DNA of 64,000 nucleotides from NCBI GenBank assembly GCA_044229975.1, contig JBGARZ010000005.1, forward strand, positions 384,001-448,000. The letters run 5' to 3'. The notes under the pieces are model-generated. The model made no database searches, was not told the DNA's origin, and saw only the letters and a list, made by a program, of their open reading frames with translations. Shown here in pieces: positions 55,385-64,000 of the stretch (the first letter of the stretch is position 1; each line of letters begins with the position of its first letter). Both the position numbers and the translations under genes were made by a program. The stretch is from Polyangiales bacterium (GTDB lineage Bacteria; Myxococcota_A; Polyangia; Polyangiales; Ga0077539).

Positions 55385-58300
55385 ATGGACCCTGCCGCCT
55401 ACGCCTGCTACGAGCGCCTCAACAAGAACCCTGATGACGCGGAGGCGCTGTCATTCCTGTGGGAGTACCACGGGCAGCGCGCCGAGTTTCAGCAGCTCGC
55501 GACGCTGGTCGAACAGACCGCCGGACGACGCCCCGACCCGCGCTCGTCGGCCGACCTCTATTTCCGTGCGGCAGAGCTCTGGTCCAAGAACGTCGGGCGC
55601 GCCGATCGCGCCGTCGCCAACTACACCCGCTCGTTCGAGCGTGACCCGGCGCAGCTCGGGGCCATCGAGGCCGCGCGGCAGATCTACCTCCAGCTCGGAA
55701 ACCTGAAGCTCGCGGCACAACTGCTGGAGAAGCAGCTCACCGCCACGGGCGACCCCCTCGTTCGCGTGATGCTGCTGCGAGAGGGCGCCGAGCTCCACGG
55801 CCGCCTCGGCGCCACCGACACGCAGATCGCGTGGCTCGAAGAGGTGCGCGCGGCGCAGCCTGACGACTGGGAGGTGCTCCGCGAGCTCGCGGGCGCCTAC
55901 CTCACGCGGGCCCAGTCGCCCAACGCCCAGCCCAACGACACCACCACGGGCGCGGGCCTGCTCTCGTCGCTCGCGACGAGCGTGGGCGGCGAGCACGGCC
56001 TGGCCTTCGCCGAAGCCGCGCTCGATGCGTGGCCGGGCGACGAGGCGGCCTTCGCGCTCGTCTACGACGCCTATGGCGCCCAGGAGCGGCTCGACGAGCT
56101 CGCGGTGCGGCAGATCGCGTTCGTGCAGGCCAACCCGACGAGCCCGTACACGCCCGTGATGCGCAAGGCGCTAGCCGACGCCTACCTCGAAGTGGGGCAG
56201 GTCGACGACGCCATCGCGGCGCTCGAACCGCTCGCCGCCAGCGACCCCGAGGTGCGGCGCACGCTGCTCGGCCTCTACCGTGATGCGGGCCGCGCGGCGG
56301 ACTTCGCGCGCGTGGCGGCGGACTTCGCGGCGGACGGCGACGTCGCCCAGCAGGTGCGCGACCTGAAGGATCTCGCCGAGATCCAGGGGCGGTCGGGCGA
56401 TCGGGCCGGGATGCTCGACACCATGCGGCGGGTGCTCGGGCTCGACGCGGCCGACCTCGAAGCGCTGGCGCTGGTGGAGGACGACCTCCGCGCGCGCGGC
56501 GACTACTCGACGCTGCGGGACGTCCTGGCCGAGGCCGTGCGGAGCGAGCAGTGCCCGCCCGACATGCGCATCCCGCGGCTGCGGGAGATCGCCCAGGTGT
56601 CGCTGGAGCGCCTCGACGACGCGCAGGCGGCCCTCGACGCGTGGCGCGAGATTCTCGACAGCGTCGGCGAAGACCCCGAGGCCCTCGCGGGTATGGACCA
56701 GGTGCTCTCCCAGCAAGATCGCTGGGAGGAGCTCACCCCCGTGCTCACGCAGCGCGCCGACGTGCTCGAAGACGGGGACATCCGCAACGCCGTGCTGCGA
56801 CGCCTCGCCGACCTGCACCGCGACCGCACGGGCGACCGCGCGGCCGAGGCGGCGGCGCTGGCGCAGCTGTGGCGGGCGGTTCCGCACGACGACGACGTGG
56901 CGGGGCGCCTCGTGGCGCTGCGGCGCGCGAGCGGCAACCTGGCGGGCGTGGTGGAGGTGCTGCGCGCGCGGGCCGAGCGCTCGCCGCCGACGGCCGCGGG
57001 TGAGCGCTGGGCGGAGCTGGGTCAGGCGCTCGAAGCGCAGGGTGATCTGCACGGCGCGGTGGGCGCGTGGCGCGAGGTGTCCATGCGCGACCCGGTGCAC
57101 CCGCGGGCGTGGGACGAGACCGAGCGCTTGCTGCGCGCGACGAGCCAGCACGCGGTGCTCTACACCTCGCTGGTCGAGCGGGCCGAGGCGCTGCACCCGG
57201 GCCCGGAGCGGGCGGCGATTCACGCGCGGGCTTCGGACGCGGCGCGGGCGATGGGCGACCCCGGCACGGCGCTGGCCGAGGCCGAGCGGGCGCTGGAGAT
57301 GGACCCGTCGAGCGACGCGCTCGCCAACGCGCTCATGGACTCGCTGGAGGTGCTGGGCGAGCGCGAGCGGCTGCTGGCCTTCGTGCGGACGCGCTCCGAG
57401 GGCCTGGCGGATGGTCCGGCGCGGGTGGAGCTCACGCGGCGCGCGGCGCGGGCCGTCGGGCAGACCGACCCGGCGGGCGCGGCGGCCGTCTGGGAGCAGG
57501 TGCGGGAAGGCGCGCGGCGCGCGGGCCGACGCGACGACGGCGAGGCGCTCGATGCGCTGCTGGGGCTCGCCGAGCTGGCAGGCGACGACGAGCGCGTGGT
57601 GGCGCTGCTGGGCGACGCGGCCGCGGCGGCAGAGGACGCGGAGTCGCGACGCGGACTGCGGATGCGTCGGGCGCGGATGCTCGCCGAGGAGCTCGGCCGG
57701 GTGGACGAGGGCCTCGACGTGCTGGAGACGGCGGCGCGCGAGGGCGACGACGGGGCGCTGGACACCTGGGAGGCGCTGGAGGCGCTGGCGGCCTCGCACG
57801 GGCGCTGGGAGCGGGCCTTCTTGGCGCTCGAAGCGCAGGTCACGCAGACCCAGGACGACGACGACCGCATCGAGCGCGCGGCGCGGCTGGTGTCGCTGGT
57901 GGAGAGCGAACCGTCGCTCTCGCATCGCACGCTCGACGCGCTGCGGGTGCAGCACAAGGCCGACCCTGGCGACCTCGGGCTGGCGCAGAGGCTGGCGGAC
58001 CTGTGCGAGGCCAACGGCGAGTGGGCCGAGGCCGTGGGGTTGCTCGAAGAGCTCGCGGAGATGGAGGGCGACGACGAGGAGCTCTCGACGTTGGTGCAGC
58101 GCATCGCGCACCTCGCGGACGAGCACCTCGACGACTACGAGCGCGCGTGGCGCATCCTGCTGCCGCAGGTGCAGGGCGGCGACATCGGCTGCCTCGACCT
58201 GATCATCGGCCTGAGCACGCGGCGCGGATTGCACGCGCAGGTGGTTCCGGTGCTTACCGACCTCGCGCTGCGGGTCAACGACGGCGAGGCGCGGGCCTCA

Positions 58301-60346
58301 CTGTGGCGCGAGATCGGCGCGCGGAAGGCGACGTACCTCAACGACCCGGCGGGCGCCGTGGAGGCCGAGTGCGAGGCCATCATCTCGCAGCCGACGGTGA
58401 CCGAGGGGCTGGCGCGCATCGACGCCCTCGCGGCCGCGTCGGGCAACCCGGCGTCGGTGGCGGCGGCCTATCGCGCGGCGCTCGAAGCGTGTGAAGACGC
58501 GACGGCGGCGCACGACTTCGCCATGCGGGGCCTGCGCTCCATCGAGGCGGCGGGCGGTGCGGCGGAGGCGTTGGAGTTCTCCCTCGCGGCGCTCGCGCGG
58601 ATGCCGGCGGACGACGAGCTGCTCGACGCGGTGATTCGACTCGCGCCCGGCAGCGACCGCGACCAGGAGCTGTACGTGGCCCTCGACCGCCGCAAGCGCG
58701 CGGCGCAGGGGGACGGCGAGCGGCTGGGCGTGACGCTGCGCGGGGCCGAGGTGGCCGGCGCGGTGGTGGGCGATCAGGACACGGCGTTCCAGTACCTGGA
58801 GCAGGCGCTGGCGCTGGCGGTGGGTCGCAAGGAGCCAGACGAGACGCGGCTGGCCGAGGTCGAGGCGACCGCGCGCCGGGTCGACGCCGCGCGACCCGAG
58901 GTGGGGATGATCGCCGCGCTGGTGGAGCGCCTCGCGTCCCGCGGCGACGAGCTGGGCGAGAGCGAGCCGCGCGGTGGCGTGGTGCTGCTGCGCCGGGCCG
59001 CGGCGCTGTGCGAGGAGGAGCTCGGTCTCCCGGAGCAGGCGATGGCGCTCTACTCGCGCGCGGTGCGGCTGTGGCCGGGCGACGCGGAGTGTCCGCCCAA
59101 GCTGGAGGAGATCGCCGCCAACCTGCGCCGCCTCGGAGATGTCATCGCGCTGTACGACGGCGTCATCGACACGGCCTACGACGCCGCGACGGCGCGGGCG
59201 TTCACGGCGCGGCGGGCCTCCCTCCTGGGTGAACGCATGGGCCGCGTGGACGAGGCCATCGAGACCTACCAGCGGCTGGTGGAGATCGCGCCGAAGGACG
59301 TCGCGGTGCTGCGGTCGTTTCAGGAGCTGCTCGAGCGCAACGCGCGCTGGCAGCCACTGCTGGTTGCGCTGGAGCGCGAGCTGGAGCTGGGCGGCGACCG
59401 CGGGGCGATCTATCGCCGCATGGCGGGCGTCTGGGAGCTGCGCCTCCGCAACACCTTCGAGGCGAAGGACCTCTGGAAGCGCGTCCTCAAGCTGAGCCCC
59501 GATGACGCCGAGGCGCTCGCCGCGCTGGAGCGTCTGGAGCGCAAGCCCGCCGAGGTGATCGAGGACGACGAGGCCGTGGAGTCGGTCGACGACGACGTGC
59601 TCGACGAAGAGCCCGCGGTCGACGACGAGCCCACGAGCATCGGTGAGGTTCCCGCCTCGGAGGAGCCCGCGTCGGAGCCTCCGGCCGCGTCCACGCCGCC
59701 GCCGCCACCGCCCGAGGAAGACCCGCGCGCGGCGCTCTTCGGCGACCCACTCTCCGACCTCCCCGAGACGCCCCATCAGACCTCCGGGTCGGGCGCTCCC
59801 TCGGCCGACCTCGCCGCCCTCCTCACAGGCGGAACGCCCTCCGACCAGCGCCCGAGCCCCCTCGCCCGGCCGTCCATCGAGGAGGGCGTCGCGGCCCACG
59901 CCGAGTCATCGGGGCACGACCCGCGCGCGGCCTTCTTCGATCACGAGGAGTCGCACCCCGAGAGCCTGATGCCCGAGACGTCGTTCGACGGACCGGAGCC
60001 CGGCGTGGTGCTCGCGCCCGACGACCACCTCGACGACCTCTCGCTCGGCGACGAGCCACCGCCGCTGCGGCCCTCCGTCCCGCCGCCGCCGCTGCCCCGC
60101 TGGTCGGCGCCCATCGCGACGGTGCCCCCTCCCCCGGCCCCCGCCGCGGCATTGGAAGCCCTCGAAGCCGCCGACCACGAGGAATCCCTGGAGGCCGACT
60201 TCGTCGACGAAGACGAAGAGCCCGGCGACGAGACCCTCTCGCTCGACGACCTCGCCGACCTCGTCCCCGCGCCGCCGACCCAACCGCCGCCGCGCCCCAC
60301 CGCCGCGCCCGCGCCGCCGCCGTTTCCGCCGCGCCGCAACGGCTGA
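55385..60346 (+). CDS. Giant TPR-repeat protein with acidic/Pro-rich tail (myxobacterial AgmK-like)
   Basis: Continuous TPR-like helical repeats over about 1400 aa, then a disordered D/E/P-rich tail. Confidence 0.8.
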   Translation: MDPAAYACYERLNKNPDDAEALSFLWEYHGQRAEFQQLATLVEQTAGRRPDPRSSADLYFRAAELWSKNVGRADRAVANYTRSFERDPAQLGAIEAARQIYLQLGNLKLAAQLLEKQLTATGDPLVRVMLLREGAELHGRLGATDTQIAWLEEVRAAQPDDWEVLRELAGAYLTRAQSPNAQPNDTTTGAGLLSSLATSVGGEHGLAFAEAALDAWPGDEAAFALVYDAYGAQERLDELAVRQIAFVQANPTSPYTPVMRKALADAYLEVGQVDDAIAALEPLAASDPEVRRTLLGLYRDAGRAADFARVAADFAADGDVAQQVRDLKDLAEIQGRSGDRAGMLDTMRRVLGLDAADLEALALVEDDLRARGDYSTLRDVLAEAVRSEQCPPDMRIPRLREIAQVSLERLDDAQAALDAWREILDSVGEDPEALAGMDQVLSQQDRWEELTPVLTQRADVLEDGDIRNAVLRRLADLHRDRTGDRAAEAAALAQLWRAVPHDDDVAGRLVALRRASGNLAGVVEVLRARAERSPPTAAGERWAELGQALEAQGDLHGAVGAWREVSMRDPVHPRAWDETERLLRATSQHAVLYTSLVERAEALHPGPERAAIHARASDAARAMGDPGTALAEAERALEMDPSSDALANALMDSLEVLGERERLLAFVRTRSEGLADGPARVELTRRAARAVGQTDPAGAAAVWEQVREGARRAGRRDDGEALDALLGLAELAGDDERVVALLGDAAAAAEDAESRRGLRMRRARMLAEELGRVDEGLDVLETAAREGDDGALDTWEALEALAASHGRWERAFLALEAQVTQTQDDDDRIERAARLVSLVESEPSLSHRTLDALRVQHKADPGDLGLAQRLADLCEANGEWAEAVGLLEELAEMEGDDEELSTLVQRIAHLADEHLDDYERAWRILLPQVQGGDIGCLDLIIGLSTRRGLHAQVVPVLTDLALRVNDGEARASLWREIGARKATYLNDPAGAVEAECEAIISQPTVTEGLARIDALAAASGNPASVAAAYRAALEACEDATAAHDFAMRGLRSIEAAGGAAEALEFSLAALARMPADDELLDAVIRLAPGSDRDQELYVALDRRKRAAQGDGERLGVTLRGAEVAGAVVGDQDTAFQYLEQALALAVGRKEPDETRLAEVEATARRVDAARPEVGMIAALVERLASRGDELGESEPRGGVVLLRRAAALCEEELGLPEQAMALYSRAVRLWPGDAECPPKLEEIAANLRRLGDVIALYDGVIDTAYDAATARAFTARRASLLGERMGRVDEAIETYQRLVEIAPKDVAVLRSFQELLERNARWQPLLVALERELELGGDRGAIYRRMAGVWELRLRNTFEAKDLWKRVLKLSPDDAEALAALERLERKPAEVIEDDEAVESVDDDVLDEEPAVDDEPTSIGEVPASEEPASEPPAASTPPPPPPEEDPRAALFGDPLSDLPETPHQTSGSGAPSADLAALLTGGTPSDQRPSPLARPSIEEGVAAHAESSGHDPRAAFFDHEESHPESLMPETSFDGPEPGVVLAPDDHLDDLSLGDEPPPLRPSVPPPPLPRWSAPIATVPPPPAPAAALEALEAADHEESLEADFVDEDEEPGDETLSLDDLADLVPAPPTQPPPRPTAAPAPPPFPPRRNG

Positions 60347-60418
60347 CCGCCCCACCGCTCCAATCCGTCGCCACGAACCGCCCTCCGGCGCGCGGGTTCG
60401 TGTATCCATCAACGACCT

Positions 60419-61270
60419 ATGCCTCCCTCGCGCATCGCCTTCACCGCCCTCGCGATCGCCCTCTGCGGCGCGGCCGCGACCGCCTCGGCGCAGCCCCGCC
60501 GAAGGCCCGTCGCCACCACCGTCGCGATGGTTCACCCCGCGCCCGAGCCGCCGCCCGGCTGGGATCTCTCCAACGCCGACGACACCCTCGCCCGCATCCA
60601 GCGCGCGGCCACCGGTGACCCCCGCCGCGGAACCCTCGAGATCGCCAGCGCCCTCCTCGCGGGCGTCGAACCCCACGTCGCCGCGGCGGGCCTCGACACC
60701 CTCGGCGTGCTCGCGCGACCGGAGTCCGCCGACGCCATCCTGCGGTACCTCGATCACCGCCGGGTGTCGCTCCGCCGACGCGCGCTCATCGCCGCCGCGC
60801 GCCTCCACACGCCTGCCATGCTGCGGGCCATCGAGGTGCGCCTCGGTGACTCTGATCCAGAGGTTCGCGCCGAGGCGGCACGCACCCTCGCCGACGTGGC
60901 CGACGCGACCTCCGTGCGCGCCCTGTGGGCGGCGTTCGAGCGCGAGGCCGGGACGGGGCTCGGCTCCGAAGGGTCGTCCCTGTTGCAGGAGTCCGCGCGG
61001 GCCCTCGGGGCGCGCGGCAGCGATCAAGACGTCGAGCGACTGCTGACCTTCCTGCGACGCACGCCCTTCGGCGCGATGGCCCGCGCCTTCGAGGCCGCGC
61101 TGCGCCGCGCCGACGTCACCAACCCGGTGAAGGTCAGGGTCGTGCAGGCCCTCGCGGGCATCGCCACCCCGCAGGCCCGCGAGGTGCTCACCCGCCTCGT
61201 CGACGAGCACCGCGGCCGTCCGACGCCCGCGATCGAAGCCGCCCGCACCGCAGTGTCGAGGATCCAATGA
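60419..61270 (+). CDS. Secreted HEAT-repeat protein
   Basis: Signal peptide; LGDSDPEVRAEAARTL repeats. Confidence 0.8.
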   Translation: MPPSRIAFTALAIALCGAAATASAQPRRRPVATTVAMVHPAPEPPPGWDLSNADDTLARIQRAATGDPRRGTLEIASALLAGVEPHVAAAGLDTLGVLARPESADAILRYLDHRRVSLRRRALIAAARLHTPAMLRAIEVRLGDSDPEVRAEAARTLADVADATSVRALWAAFEREAGTGLGSEGSSLLQESARALGARGSDQDVERLLTFLRRTPFGAMARAFEAALRRADVTNPVKVRVVQALAGIATPQAREVLTRLVDEHRGRPTPAIEAARTAVSRIQ

Positions 61271-63444
61271 AGCGTTCCGCCCTCCCCCTCGTCGCCCTCG
61301 CCTTGAGCCTCGGCTGCTCCATCGCCATCCAGCGCGGGGCCTTCTCGCTGAGCACGCCCGCGTCCGATGCCAACAACCTCCGCGCGGTCACCGAGCGCGT
61401 TCGCACCGCGGCCCCGTCTGCCGAGCGCGCGACCGCGGCCATCGTCGCCGACGACCCCGCGCAGGGGCTCACCGTCGTCGACCTCGAAAACGGCAGCGCC
61501 CTCGGCCGCGTCGCCGCTCCGCTCACCTCGCGCCCCGTGCTCGCGGGCGACCTCGTCATCGCGCGCTCGGGCGGGGCCATTCGCGCGTGGTCGTTTCAGG
61601 GCGCCGAGCGCTGGCACATCGCCGACGACGGCCTCGACCTCGTGGGCGCGAGCCGCGACGGCGACCGCGTGGCCATCGTCCTCGGCGGCGCGGGCGTGAC
61701 CCGGCGGCGGGGCATCCTCCACGTGGTGCAGGCGAGCGACGGGAGCACCGTGGCGCGCACCGAGATCGCCCACGCCCTGGGCCCGCCCACGCTGGTGGGT
61801 GACGACGTCTTCCTCCCGTGGGACGGGCAGAACCTCTCGGTGCTCGACGCGCGCAACGGCGACGAGCTGTCGCGCGTTCGCAGCCGCGACGACGTGGTGG
61901 GCTTCACCTTCCGCGAAGGGTCGGTGGTGTACTTCGGCGCCCGCGCGCTCTACCGCCTCGGCCCCGAGGCCGCCGCCGGAACAACCGAAGCGACGCCCCA
62001 CTACATGCCTCGCCGCGACGAGCTGCCGGGCGCCGCGCCCTTCGCCCTCGACGCGTACACCACGCTGCGAGCGGGCGTCGACGCGCGCGAGCGGGTGCGC
62101 CTCGTGTGGCGGCCCGACCCGGTGCAGCCCGGCGTGACCCTGCTGCACAACACGGTGTTCGCGCTCTACCACCGCGACGTGTTCGCCATCGACGCGGCGT
62201 CGGGCGCGCTGCGCTGGGCGTACGTGAGCCACAACGACCTCGCGGGCGTGGCCGTGGTGCGCGCGGGCGTCGTGGCCATCGACGACCACGGCGGCGCGTC
62301 GTTGCTCGCCCCCGAAGACGGGCGCGTGCGCTGGCGGCTCGCGCTGCCCGCGACGGGTCCGCAGGCGGTGTTGCAGATGCCGATGGAGTTCGCGCCGACC
62401 TTCAACGCGAGCGACCCGCCGCGTCCGCTGGTGGAGTCGCTGCTCGAAGCGGCGGGTGGGTCGGATGCACGATTGCTCCCGGCGCAGCGCTTCGCGGCGC
62501 AGGCCCTCGCGACGCTGCCCGGCGCGCCCGCGACGGCTGCGCTGGTGTCGATCCTGACGCGGCGGGGATTGTCGCCGGAGCTGCGGGGCGTGGTGGGCGA
62601 AGGGCTCGTCACCCGCACCGAAGGCACCGACGCGATGCTCGAAGCGCTCGATCATCACTTCGACCACGTGCGCGGGGTGGACGTTCCGCCGGTGGGCTTC
62701 CTCGCGCGGGCGCTGTCGCACGCGCACGAGCGGCGCGCGGTGGCGTTGCTGGTGTCGCACCTCTTCGACCCGGCCACGCCGACGGATGACCTCGCGCCCA
62801 TCGTGGTGGCGCTGCGCGAGCTCGGCGACCCGTCGTCGGTGAACGCGCTCGCGGACTTCGTGCGGCTCTATCACGCCGACGTCGGGGCGGTTCCGCCGGT
62901 GGGCGGAGGCGATGCGGTCATCGAGCGCGACCTCGGCGAGCAGCAGCACCTCAACGCCGCGGTCGAAGAGGCCGTGGAGACCATCGCCCGGATGGGCGGC
63001 GCGCCGGAGCGGGCGCTGCTCGACCGGGTGCGCGCGCACGGAGCGGCCCCGGAGACGGTGCGCGGCGCGGCGTCACGGGTGCGCGACGGCGCAGAGCCCG
63101 AGGCGCCCGCCGCCACGGGAGATGGCGCGACCGGCGACGGGGCCGCGGCGGCGGGCAGCGACATGAGCTTCGGCGCGGCGTCGCAGCGGGTGAGCATGGA
63201 CGCCATCGACACGGCGATGGCGCCGCGGCGGGCGGAGATCATGGCGTGCCTGCGCGACGCGCCCTCGCGGCCGGCGCAGCTGCGGGTGCAGTTTCGCTAC
63301 GACGGCGACGGGCACATCAGCCGGGTATCGGTGATGCCGCAGAGCTTCGAGGCGTGCGTGGCGCCCATCGTCGCGGGGGTGTCCCTGCCGACGTCGCTCG
63401 CCGTGCGCGAGCTCGCCACGTGGATCTTCAGCACGGCGCAGTAG
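61267..63444 (+). CDS. PQQ-like beta-propeller + HEAT-repeat lipoprotein with TonB-C/AgmX-like C-terminal domain
   Basis: ATGA overlap; lipobox SLGC; AIDAASGALRW and PEDGRVRW; C-terminal IMACL..LRVQFRYDGDGHISRVSV..ACV. Confidence 0.75.
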   Translation: MKRSALPLVALALSLGCSIAIQRGAFSLSTPASDANNLRAVTERVRTAAPSAERATAAIVADDPAQGLTVVDLENGSALGRVAAPLTSRPVLAGDLVIARSGGAIRAWSFQGAERWHIADDGLDLVGASRDGDRVAIVLGGAGVTRRRGILHVVQASDGSTVARTEIAHALGPPTLVGDDVFLPWDGQNLSVLDARNGDELSRVRSRDDVVGFTFREGSVVYFGARALYRLGPEAAAGTTEATPHYMPRRDELPGAAPFALDAYTTLRAGVDARERVRLVWRPDPVQPGVTLLHNTVFALYHRDVFAIDAASGALRWAYVSHNDLAGVAVVRAGVVAIDDHGGASLLAPEDGRVRWRLALPATGPQAVLQMPMEFAPTFNASDPPRPLVESLLEAAGGSDARLLPAQRFAAQALATLPGAPATAALVSILTRRGLSPELRGVVGEGLVTRTEGTDAMLEALDHHFDHVRGVDVPPVGFLARALSHAHERRAVALLVSHLFDPATPTDDLAPIVVALRELGDPSSVNALADFVRLYHADVGAVPPVGGGDAVIERDLGEQQHLNAAVEEAVETIARMGGAPERALLDRVRAHGAAPETVRGAASRVRDGAEPEAPAATGDGATGDGAAAAGSDMSFGAASQRVSMDAIDTAMAPRRAEIMACLRDAPSRPAQLRVQFRYDGDGHISRVSVMPQSFEACVAPIVAGVSLPTSLAVRELATWIFSTAQ

Positions 63445-63448
63445 CAAC

Positions 63449-64000
63449 TCACCGCCCTGCGCCCGCACACCCATCCGCCTCGCGCCCGAACGCCAGCACC
63501 TCCTGCTCGCACCGCCACGTCCCGCACAGCGCAGCGATGGCGTAGCGAGCGCCCGGCCGATCGACCAGCGCGGAGTCGTGCCGGTACTGGTGCCACGTCC
63601 CGGTCTTCCGGTAGACGTGGGCGCCCGGCCAGCGCTCCAGCACCGCGCGCCGGATGCGATTGTGGAAGGCCGACGGCTCCAACAGCACGCGCATCTCGGC
63701 GCTCGACGCGGCGTCGACGAGGCGGTCCTGCCCCAGCAGCGTGTAGAAGGTCACCAGCGAGCGCGCCGTCGCCGCGTGGGCGAGGTTGCGCATCGGCTCC
63801 GGTCGCCACACCGGGTCGTGGAAGAACCCCCGTCCCAGCCACACGCCACCGCCCAGCGCTGGGTCGTAGATGCCCGCGTCCCACAGCCACGACGCGACGC
63901 GCGGCAAGCCCGTGCGATGCGCCGCCGCCGTCGCCGCGCGGTTGTTGGAGTGGAAGATCATCAGCCGCAGCTCTTCGCGATATGCCCGCGTGAAGTTCGC
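63449..64000 (-). CDS. Serine hydrolase, class A beta-lactamase-like (5' end lies outside the window)
   Basis: LMIFHSNNRAA (SxN), RKTGTW and HDSALV. Confidence 0.75.
   Translation of the reverse strand, partial: ANFTRAYREELRLMIFHSNNRAATAAAHRTGLPRVASWLWDAGIYDPALGGGVWLGRGFFHDPVWRPEPMRNLAHAATARSLVTFYTLLGQDRLVDAASSAEMRVLLEPSAFHNRIRRAVLERWPGAHVYRKTGTWHQYRHDSALVDRPGARYAIAALCGTWRCEQEVLAFGREADGCAGAGR

Overview
High-GC bacterial window, probably Myxococcota/Polyangiales-like (Cys-rich lipoproteins, TPR-TonB receptor, FHA, Ser/Thr kinase, giant TPR protein). It holds about 38 real CDS; most of the ORF track is GC shadow ORFs. No rRNA, tRNA, CRISPR array or intact IS element was seen. The standout is four divergent ClpA/B-type double-AAA+ ATPases: one at 22609-25434 and a tandem trio at 43935-53045. 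All four have a degenerate first ATPase module and lack the GYVG pore loop. Three carry a C-terminal module resembling release factor RF2 with neither the GGQ nor the SPF motif, and the 22609 copy looks like a nearly full-length inactive RF2. This is a candidate uncharacterised 'Clp-pseudoRF' system (ribosome quality control or defence; function is inference). Other notable items: a REP-like palindrome present twice, a 43-bp tandem repeat, a 52-bp inverted repeat with strand-specific G-U wobbles, recurrent TANNNT boxes 6-9 nt before SD-less start codons (leaderless mRNAs), a Neverland/KshA-like Rieske oxygenase next to an FAD oxidase, a Tat class A beta-lactamase, a MoxR/DUF58/transglutaminase operon and nadE. 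Family calls come from motif recognition by eye, not database searches.
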